Assembly (NCBI GenBank): GCA_050250435.1
Contig: JBFWOR010000005.1
Location: 170,300 to 234,299, forward strand
Direction: 5' to 3'
Length of the DNA stretch: 64,000 nt
Origin: Pirellulales bacterium
Lineage (GTDB): Bacteria; Planctomycetota; Planctomycetia; Pirellulales; PALSA-1355
Shown one piece after another: positions 57,437 to 64,000 of this stretch. Position 1 is the stretch's first letter. Every line of letters starts with the position of its first letter. The notes under the pieces were generated by a model. The model saw nothing but the letters and a program-made list of their open reading frames with translations, was not told the DNA's origin and did no database searches. The position numbers were made by a program, and so were the translations under genes.

Positions 57437-58147
57437 ATGTATTCCATGTTTTTCAAGTCGGCCGCCGCGCTCATGCTGGGCGTGGGGGCGTTGGTCGCTG
57501 CCAGCGGCGCTGCCGCCGACAATGCGACCAAGGACGATGCGACCAAGGACACCGCCACCAAGGCCAAGAGCTGTTGTGAGGCCAAACTCGCCTGCTGCGA
57601 CGCCAAGCGCGCCTGCTGCACCGACGAGACCAAGGCGGCCTGCTGCGCCCAGGGCATGACCTGTTGCAAGAACAACCAGGCATGCTGCGACAAGGCGTCG
57701 CAATGCTGCATCGACGGCAAGGATTGCTGCCAGGAAGGCAAAGATTGCTGCGGCAAGAAGGGCGAAGTGAAGACGGCCGCCTTGAGCGACAAGCCGGCTT
57801 GCTGCAAAGCGGCGGCTGCAGTGCTCAACGTAACGACCGCCGACACGGGCGCAGCGGCAGCCAAAAGCTGCTGTGAAGCCAAGCTCGCTTGCTGCGACGC
57901 GAAGCGCGCCTGTTGCACGGACGAGCCCAAGGCGGCCTGCTGCGCCCAGGGCATGACCTGTTGCAAGAACAATCAGGCATGCTGCGACAAGGCGCCGCAA
58001 TGCTGCATCGACGGCAAGGATTGCTGCCAGGAAGGCAAAGCCTGCTGCGACAAGAAAGGGGAAACCAAGACGGCCGAGGCCGCCAAGAACCCCTGCTGTG
58101 CCAAAGGCGCAGTCCGCGTAGCAGCTGAGCCGAAGGTCGTGCGCTAA
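57437..58147 (+). CDS. Secreted cysteine-doublet (CC) repeat protein, function unknown
   Basis: ATG 57437 lies 6 nt after AAGGAGA (57424-57430), and the signal peptide is MYSMFFKSAAALMLGVGALVAASGAAA. The mature part has 20 CC doublets and no single Cys, mostly with CC-x5-CC spacing. A strong terminator follows the gene. Confidence 0.7.
   Translation: MYSMFFKSAAALMLGVGALVAASGAAADNATKDDATKDTATKAKSCCEAKLACCDAKRACCTDETKAACCAQGMTCCKNNQACCDKASQCCIDGKDCCQEGKDCCGKKGEVKTAALSDKPACCKAAAAVLNVTTADTGAAAAKSCCEAKLACCDAKRACCTDEPKAACCAQGMTCCKNNQACCDKAPQCCIDGKDCCQEGKACCDKKGETKTAEAAKNPCCAKGAVRVAAEPKVVR
57566..58076 (+). repeat. In-frame tandem duplication inside the CC-repeat gene (offset 297 bp = 99 codons)
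   Basis: Copy 1 (57566-57779) and copy 2 (57863-58076) align without gaps. By eye there are roughly 20 mismatches in about 214 nt, including two identical stretches of more than 40 nt. Confidence 0.85.
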
Positions 58148-58176
58148 CGCGCGGCGATTGACTCGGTAGATTTTCA

Positions 58177-58220
58177 AGGCACGCGGTGGCTCACTGGGGC
58201 CGCCGCGTGCCTGTTTTGTT
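58177..58220 (+). terminator. Rho-independent terminator after the CC-repeat gene
   Basis: The stem is AGGCACGCGGTGGC (58177-58190) / GCCGCCGCGTGCCT (58199-58212), with 13 Watson-Crick pairs plus one G-U. The loop is TCACTGG, followed by GTTTTGTT. Confidence 0.7.
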
Positions 58221-58222
58221 GA

Positions 58223-58268
58223 GCGCCGGGTGTCACTGCTAACATCGCGCCGGGTGTCAACTGCTAAC
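58223..58268. repeat. Two adjacent ~21-bp direct repeats GCGCCGGGTGTCA(A)CTGCTAAC
   Basis: Copies at 58223-58243 and 58247-58268 differ by one inserted A. The second copy also forms TGTCAAC-N9-GTTGACA with 58271-58277. The repeats lie between convergent genes. Confidence 0.7.
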
Positions 58269-58322
58269 TTGTTGACAGTGCCGCTCGCAGAATCAGCCCT
58301 GCCGGGCAAGCCAGCCGATAAC

Positions 58323-59087
58323 TCACGACGCCGTCGCGCCGCCGTCGATCACGATCACCTGGCCGGTGACGTACGACGCCTCGTCTGACGCCAAATACAG
58401 CGCCGCAAAGCCGATCTCGTCCGGCTGGCCCAGGTGCTTAATCGGCTGCGTGGCTTCCAGCCGCGCCATGTGCTTCTCGTTCTTCCAGAAGAACTCGCTG
58501 AAGTCCGTCTGGATCAGCCCCGGTGCGATGGCGTTGACGCGCACGTTCTTGGGACCGAATTCCACGGCCCAGGTGCGCGTCATCATGATCAAGCCGGCCT
58601 TGGTAAAGCTGTAGAGCAAACCGCCTGGTTGCGGACGCAGGCCGGCAATCGAAGCGATGTTGATCACCGAGCCGCCGCCGCGCTCAATCATTTTAGGCAC
58701 GGTCAGCCGCACCAGCCGCATGGCCGCCTTGATATTGACGTCAACCATCTTGTCGACCATCTCGTCGCTCACTTCGAGCGACGGACCCTGGCCGATGTTC
58801 GTGGCGCTATTGTTGACCAGAATATCGATCGGTCCGAGTTCTTTCTCGATTGTTGCGACGACGCTTTGCAATTGATCGGCCCGGCCGACGTGGCACTCCA
58901 TGGGCACGACCTTGCCTGGCAGCGCGGCGAACTCATCGGCCGTGGCTTTGAGGTTCTCCATCTTGCGGCTGGCGATGACGACGTTCGCGCCGGCCTCTGC
59001 GAGTTTCTTGGTGATGGCCTTGCCGATGCCGCGCCCGCCGCCGGTCACCAGGGCCGTTTTGCCTTTCAAACTGATCGCTGCGCTCAT
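58323..59087 (-). CDS. SDR family oxidoreductase (FabG-like)
   Basis: 254-aa ORF with the TGGGRGIG cofactor motif, NNSA, and a Y-x3-K region (YSFTKAGL). Confidence 0.9.
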   Translation of the reverse strand: MSAAISLKGKTALVTGGGRGIGKAITKKLAEAGANVVIASRKMENLKATADEFAALPGKVVPMECHVGRADQLQSVVATIEKELGPIDILVNNSATNIGQGPSLEVSDEMVDKMVDVNIKAAMRLVRLTVPKMIERGGGSVINIASIAGLRPQPGGLLYSFTKAGLIMMTRTWAVEFGPKNVRVNAIAPGLIQTDFSEFFWKNEKHMARLEATQPIKHLGQPDEIGFAALYLASDEASYVTGQVIVIDGGATAS

Positions 59088-59215
59088 GGTTGGATTCCCT
59101 TTATTGACTGTGCCATTAATTCAGATGGAACCGCGGAGTACTCAGAGGACTCGGAGGATATGATCGTCGCCACCCAGGGACCACGACGGCACGACGCACG
59201 AACTCGAAAGTCTTA

Positions 59216-59231
59216 CTCTCTCTCTCTCTCT
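59216..59231. repeat. (CT)8 dinucleotide microsatellite
   Basis: Read directly in the sequence. It is intergenic, between the thioesterase stop and the SDR start. Confidence 0.95.
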
Positions 59232-59298
59232 GCGCCCTCGGTGAACTCTGTGGTTCAATCGGTTCTTCGGCCTTCGTGCTCTTTGTGGCTGAGTGGTA

Positions 59299-59772
59299 TT
59301 ACGTTCCTGATCGTGGCGCCGTGGCCTCGATCTCGGCAATCCGCTGGCGCACGTGGTCTGGCAGCTTCGCCTTCACGTGATTTACGTAGTCGTAAATCAC
59401 CAGTTTCTGCTGGCCTTCGGCCGCGATGGCCTTGAGCTTGTGACTCACGATCACGGTGTTCATCAGGAACCGATCCTCCTCGATCTCACTGATCCGCGTG
59501 CCGATCGTCACGTCGTCGGGATACTCGAGCGGCTTGCGAAAGCGGCAGTCGGTCCACGACAGGATGGGCCCGATGCCGGTGGACCGCTGCTCCTTGCTGA
59601 AACCCATCTCGCGAAAGTATTTCAGCCGCGCGTGCTCCATGTAGCGAAAGTACACGACGTTGTTCACGTGGTGATTAGCGTCCATCTCGCCCCAGGCCAC
59701 GAGCGTCGTGACGATGACCGGATAGGGCGCCAACAACTGGGCGACCGCTGGATCTAGCGCAGCACGGTCCAC
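59299..59772 (-). CDS. Acyl-CoA thioesterase, hotdog fold (4HBT/YbgC-like)
   Basis: The ORF is 59299..59880 (TTG start), with GTG 59772 more plausible. It contains VAWGEMDANHHVNNVVYFRYMEHARLKYFREMG, which is typical of 4HBT. Confidence 0.75.
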   Translation of the reverse strand: MDRAALDPAVAQLLAPYPVIVTTLVAWGEMDANHHVNNVVYFRYMEHARLKYFREMGFSKEQRSTGIGPILSWTDCRFRKPLEYPDDVTIGTRISEIEEDRFLMNTVIVSHKLKAIAAEGQQKLVIYDYVNHVKAKLPDHVRQRIAEIEATAPRSGT

Positions 59773-59941
59773 GGAATTGCCACCCTCAGAGAGTCCGGAA
59801 GAAAATCGGATCGCGCGGGCCGCGGGACCGCAAAACTGCGCCGCGCCGCCGCACCTACCGTCCGTTCGGTAAGTTAACAAGATCTACGCTGGTTGCAAGA
59901 GGCGGTCGCGCGTGGCATTCGCTGAGAACGAACCGCGGCCC

Positions 59942-61009
59942 TCAATATGTCCCTTCCTCAATCGCACGCTGCGCTTCGTCGGCCAGGGCCTGCACGTTGC
60001 GATTGAACGTCGCAAAACGCTCGTCCTTCGTGTGCCCCTGCACGTAGCGGTAATAAATCTGTTGCACAATCACCGCCGTTTTGAACAGGCCGAACGTGTA
60101 GTAGAAAATGATGTTCGATGTGTCGAAGCCCGACTTTTCGCCGTAGTAGGCCGTCAGCTCTCGGCGCGTCATGCTGCCCGGCCACTGCGTCGGCCCGAAG
60201 GCGTGCACTTGCAGCGGCGGCGGGTCGCCCGCCTCCACCCAGTACGACAGCACCGTGCCAAAATCCATCAGCGGATCGCCCAACGTGCACATCTCCCAAT
60301 CCAGCACGGCGACAATCTTCGTCAGGTCGTGCGGGTCGAGCATGATGTTGTCGAACTTATAGTCGTTGTGCACCAGCGACGCGGCCACCTCTGGCGGCAT
60401 GTGCGCGGGAAAGTATCCCATCAACCATTCCATGGCGGGCACGTCGTCGGTGCGGCAAGCGTGATAGCGCTTGTTCCAACCTTCGACCTGGCGACCGACA
60501 TAGCCGGCCGGCCGGCCCAAGTCGCCCAGGCCCGCCGCTTCGTAGTCGATCTTGTGAAACGCCACCAGGTTGTCCAGAAACGCGCGGTTCAGCCGGTTCA
60601 TCGCCGTTGCGTCGAGATTGAAGCCCTCGGGCAGCTTGCGCCGCAGCACTACGCCCCGGCGGCGTTCCATGCAATAGAACGGCGCGCCCAGCACCGACTC
60701 GTCCTCGCAATACAAATACGGCTTGGGGGCCGGTCCGTACACCGCGTGCAGCTTGGAGAGCACGCGAAACTCGCGCCCCATGTCGTGCGCGCTCTTCACG
60801 CGATTGCCGAACGGCGGCCGCCGCAGCACCATCTCCAAATCGCCCAGCCGCACCAGGTACGTCAAGTTCGACGCCCCGCCCGGAAACTGTTCGATCTCCA
60901 GCGGCCCGCGCGAGCCTGGCAGATGGGCTAGCAAATACGGTTCCAGCTTGGCCGCGTCGAGCTCCTCGCCCGGGCGAATTTGTTTGTTGGTATCGGAGGA
61001 AGTACTCAT
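59942..61009 (-). CDS. Phosphotransferase-family (APH-like) kinase, ACAD10/11-associated type
   Basis: ORF 59942..61054 was trimmed to ATG 61009. It has FPGGASNLTYLV, LRRPP, a Brenner-type VHNDYKFDNIML and DWEMCTLGDPLMDFG. Confidence 0.85.
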   Translation of the reverse strand: MSTSSDTNKQIRPGEELDAAKLEPYLLAHLPGSRGPLEIEQFPGGASNLTYLVRLGDLEMVLRRPPFGNRVKSAHDMGREFRVLSKLHAVYGPAPKPYLYCEDESVLGAPFYCMERRRGVVLRRKLPEGFNLDATAMNRLNRAFLDNLVAFHKIDYEAAGLGDLGRPAGYVGRQVEGWNKRYHACRTDDVPAMEWLMGYFPAHMPPEVAASLVHNDYKFDNIMLDPHDLTKIVAVLDWEMCTLGDPLMDFGTVLSYWVEAGDPPPLQVHAFGPTQWPGSMTRRELTAYYGEKSGFDTSNIIFYYTFGLFKTAVIVQQIYYRYVQGHTKDERFATFNRNVQALADEAQRAIEEGTY

Positions 61010-61109
61010 CGCGTGCCGCCTGCAAAAAGCCGCCGATTTGCCGACCCTCGCCACCCGAACGTTTTACCACAACGACGCCGCAGGCACGACGAAGTGCGCC
61101 CCGCCGTGC

Positions 61110-61829
61110 TCAGCGAAACGTCCACAACTCCGGATTCTCCAGGTGCGCCAGCGCGTTGAAGCTGTCCATCGTCAACCGCTCGCCGCTGAAAACGAAGTCG
61201 GTCACCGAAGCGTTCTTCACGCGCCAGCCCAGGTCGAACGCGGCCCGGTCGCCGCAGCCGAGCGACGTTTGCAGGCACACGGTAACCGCCCCCACAGACG
61301 TGAACGCCGCCACGTTTCGCCCGCGGCCGTTGGCGGCCGTGATCTTCCGCAGCCCAGCCTGCACGCGCTCGCGGAACGCAGCCCACGGCTCCACGCCCTC
61401 GTGGCCGACCGAGCCCTCAACCCACAGCATCACCACTTGCTCGAACAGCAGCTGAAACGTGCGATGGCGGTCGCGCGGGGATTCGGCCTGGCGATACGCC
61501 TCGTGCAAAGGGCCGATGCGCGGGTAGCGCTCGGCAATGTTCTCGATGCCCAACTTGATCAGCCGGTCCGCCTGGTGCTCGTCGAGCTCGGGCAAAAACT
61601 GCGGTTCCGGCCAGGGCAGGCCTGCGCGGGCGAACGCTTCGCCGGCCAGGGCCGCCGTTTCAATCTGTCGCACGCGCGGCCCGGTGTAAACCACGTCGAA
61701 CCGCATGCCGCGCTTGACCCAAAAATCGCCCAGCAGCCGGGCCTGCTGTTCGCCCAGCGGCGAAAGCTGATCGTAGTTTTCGGCAAAGAACGACGCCTGT
61801 CCGTGGCGAACTAACGACAACGTGCTCAT
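61110..61829 (-). CDS. Histidine phosphatase (phosphoglycerate-mutase) family protein
   Basis: ORF 61110..61916 was trimmed to ATG 61829. It starts MSTLSLVRHGQASF, which contains the RHG catalytic motif. Confidence 0.8.
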   Translation of the reverse strand: MSTLSLVRHGQASFFAENYDQLSPLGEQQARLLGDFWVKRGMRFDVVYTGPRVRQIETAALAGEAFARAGLPWPEPQFLPELDEHQADRLIKLGIENIAERYPRIGPLHEAYRQAESPRDRHRTFQLLFEQVVMLWVEGSVGHEGVEPWAAFRERVQAGLRKITAANGRGRNVAAFTSVGAVTVCLQTSLGCGDRAAFDLGWRVKNASVTDFVFSGERLTMDSFNALAHLENPELWTFR

Positions 61830-61922
61830 GAATTGGCAATCGGGAGTCAGGGGTTGGTCGATTGTCGGGAGGGCGAGGCCTGCCGAGCCGGAGCGTCGCG
61901 CACTCGCGGAGTGCACCGCGCC

Positions 61923-62714
61923 TCACAGGCTCGTGGTGCCGGCGGCCTGTTCGATCTGCGCTTGCAGCCGCCGCATGCCCGCGATCCAGCGATCGTAGTC
62001 CGTGGCCTTGTTGGTCATGTATTTGGCAACGACCTCGTGCGGCAGGATGAGAAACTTCTCGGCGGCCAGTCCGGCAATCACGCAATCGGCGACGTGCTCG
62101 ACCGTCACCGCCTCGGCGCGCAGAAACTCTGTGGAAGGTCCCGCGTCCGGCCGCATCAGCATGTTGGTCACCACGCCCTGCGGGCACAGACACGACACCT
62201 TGATCGTGGGACCATAGGTGATCGACAGCCATTCGGCCAGTGCCACAGCGGCATGTTTGGTCACCGCATACAAGGCCGAGCCAATAGAAGTGAGCAGTCC
62301 TGCTGCCGAAGCCGTCTGCAGCAGGTATCCCTCGCCGCGTTCGAGCATGCCCGGCAACACGGCCCGGGCCGCGTACACGTGGGCCATCAGGTTCACTTCC
62401 CAAATGCGTTGCCAGTCGGCATCGGGCGCATCGACGCTGCCGCCCAGCGCGATGCCGGCGTTCGAACAGAACAGGTCGATTGGCCCGAATCGCTTTTCAC
62501 TTTCGCTGACGAGGCGGCGGATGTCGTCTTGGCTGCTGACATCGACGGGCACGGCCAGTCCGCCAATCTGCGCGGCCACGGCCTTGGCAGCGGCGCCGTC
62601 GAGATCAGCCACGACCACGCCGCGCGCCCCCTCCGCGGCAAATCGCTCGCACAGCGCGCGGCCGATGCCGTTACCTCCGCCGGTCACCACTGCGACTTTG
62701 TCTTTGAGTTGCAT
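61923..62714 (-). CDS. SDR family oxidoreductase
   Basis: 263-aa ORF with the TGGGNGIG motif, NAG, and YAVTKHAAV (Y-x3-K). Confidence 0.9.
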   Translation of the reverse strand: MQLKDKVAVVTGGGNGIGRALCERFAAEGARGVVVADLDGAAAKAVAAQIGGLAVPVDVSSQDDIRRLVSESEKRFGPIDLFCSNAGIALGGSVDAPDADWQRIWEVNLMAHVYAARAVLPGMLERGEGYLLQTASAAGLLTSIGSALYAVTKHAAVALAEWLSITYGPTIKVSCLCPQGVVTNMLMRPDAGPSTEFLRAEAVTVEHVADCVIAGLAAEKFLILPHEVVAKYMTNKATDYDRWIAGMRRLQAQIEQAAGTTSL

Positions 62715-62810
62715 GCGAATCCTTAACCCCGTGCCGTGTGCCGTTCTGGTTGTGTTTGCCTTAGTGGATCTTTGCGTTCCGGGTGTCTTGGGGGTGAACG
62801 CGGTCGTCGT

Positions 62811-64000
62811 CTATTCGTGCCGTTTGAGCTCATGCTTGGCGATGGATTCGCGATGGACCTCGTCCGGCCCGTCGGCCAGGCGCAGCGTGCGGGCATTCGC
62901 CCATGCCGCAGCCAGCGGAAAATCTTGGCTCACGCCGCCGCCGCCGTGCGCCTGAATGGCCCGATCGATCACCCGCAGCGCCATGCTGGGCGCCACCACT
63001 TTGATCATGGCAATCTCGGCGCGTGCGGCTTTGTTCCCCACGGTGTCCATCATCCAGGCGGCCTTCAGCGTCAGCAGCCGGGCCTGTTCGATTTCCATGC
63101 GCGAATCCGCGATGTCGGCGCGAATCGATCCCTGATCGGCGATCGGTCGGCCAAAAGCAACGCGTCGCTTTACGCGACGGCACATCAGCTCCAGCGCCCG
63201 CTCCGCCAGGCCGATCAACCGCATGCAGTGATGAATGCGTCCGGGCCCGAGCCGGCCCTGCGCGATCTCGAACCCGCGCCCCTCGCCCAAGAGCAAGTTC
63301 GTGGCCGGCACGCGCACATTCTGGTACGTGACCTCGGCGTGGCCGTGGGGCGCATGGTCGTAGCCGAACACGCTCAGCATCCGCTCCACCTTGACGCCCG
63401 GCGTCTCGAACGGCACCAGGATCATCGACTGCTGCCGGTGCGTCTCCGCTTTGGGATCCGTCTTGCCCATGAAGATGGCAATCTTGCAGCGCGGGTCGCC
63501 GGCGCCGGAGCTCCACCACTTGCGGCCGTTGATCACATAGTGATCGCCGTCGCGCGCGATGCTCGACTGAATGTTCGTGGCATCGGACGAAGCCACTTCC
63601 GGCTCCGTCATGGCGAAGCACGAACGAATCTCGCCGGCCAACAGCGGCTTGAGCCACTTGTCTTGTTGCGCGGGCGTGCCGTATTGCGCCAGCACTTCCA
63701 TGTTGCCCGTGTCGGGCGCGGAGCAATTGAACACCTCGGGCGCCATGGGCGAACGGCCCATGATTTCGCACAACGGCGCGTACTCCAGGTTGGTCAGGCC
63801 GGCGCCATGTTCGCGGTCGGGCAGAAACAGATTCCAGAGCTTCGCAGCGCGCGCCCTGGGCTTCAGATCTTCGACAATCTGTGCGGGCTGCCAGCGATCC
63901 TTGGAAATCTGCTCGTGCCACAACTTTTCGTTGGGGTAGACGTGCTCTTCCATGAAGGCCGACACGCGGGCCTGCAATTCCTTGACCTTGGCGGAATGCT
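62811..64000 (-). CDS. Acyl-CoA dehydrogenase, ACAD10/11-type (N-terminus beyond window end)
   Basis: The reading frame stays open to the window edge (...[27 protein letters not shown]...). It has the AKLWNLFLP block characteristic of the ACAD10/11/FadE-type N-domain and a C-terminal ...[16 protein letters not shown]. Confidence 0.9.
   Translation of the reverse strand, partial: HSAKVKELQARVSAFMEEHVYPNEKLWHEQISKDRWQPAQIVEDLKPRARAAKLWNLFLPDREHGAGLTNLEYAPLCEIMGRSPMAPEVFNCSAPDTGNMEVLAQYGTPAQQDKWLKPLLAGEIRSCFAMTEPEVASSDATNIQSSIARDGDHYVINGRKWWSSGAGDPRCKIAIFMGKTDPKAETHRQQSMILVPFETPGVKVERMLSVFGYDHAPHGHAEVTYQNVRVPATNLLLGEGRGFEIAQGRLGPGRIHHCMRLIGLAERALELMCRRVKRRVAFGRPIADQGSIRADIADSRMEIEQARLLTLKAAWMMDTVGNKAARAEIAMIKVVAPSMALRVIDRAIQAHGGGGVSQDFPLAAAWANARTLRLADGPDEVHRESIAKHELKRHE

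Noticed and set aside
57332-58309. 325-aa - strand ORF (and nested 57418-57972) opposite the CC-repeat gene
   Set aside because: Its Ala/Leu/Gly/Gln repeats are simply the antisense image of the GCC/TGC/AAG codons. The + frame has an SD, a signal peptide and a terminator, and the substitutions between its two halves are mostly synonymous. The - frame would also run through the terminator hairpin.

Overview
This is 64 kb of high-GC chromosomal DNA, densely coding on both strands, with about 53 protein genes. I found no rRNA, tRNA, CRISPR array, transposase or integrase. The gene content suggests a Planctomycetota (Pirellulales-like) genome. The markers are a DUF1549/DUF1553 + DUF1501 gene pair, a DUF1559 (H-X9-DG, pseudopilin-like) module, an HYExAFE protein, a >1200-aa PVC-type CxxCH 'membrane-bound dehydrogenase' protein and an H4MPT-type formyltransferase (ftr). 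Most genes are housekeeping or transport: livHM plus binding protein, hisS, prfB with its programmed +1 frameshift, scpA, hemW, fumC, murD, ligA, and SSS/MFS/MMPL/SulP transporters. Five things look most unusual. (1) At 56.9-58.2 kb, a gene bounded by a Shine-Dalgarno site, a signal peptide and a terminator encodes a secreted protein whose 40 cysteines all occur as CC doublets on a 7-residue register. It is internally duplicated and preceded by a second small Cys-containing exported protein. (2) At 9.6-15.8 kb, sbtA-sbtB and a SulP (BicA-type?) transporter sit next to a CusRS-like two-component system, with five copies of a TTAC-N6-GTAA palindrome in the two upstream regions. (3) An ECF sigma factor has an anti-sigma partner fused to a DUF1559 pseudopilin-like module. 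(4) A 562-aa protein carries four FSLD-x3-SALSR-type repeats and a PD-(D/E)XK-like core. (5) A split ACAD10/11-type kinase + dehydrogenase cluster lies at the 3' end. All functional calls come from reading the translations and DNA by eye; no database search or folding program was run. The ORF track uses alternative start codons, so many starts were re-chosen and remain uncertain.
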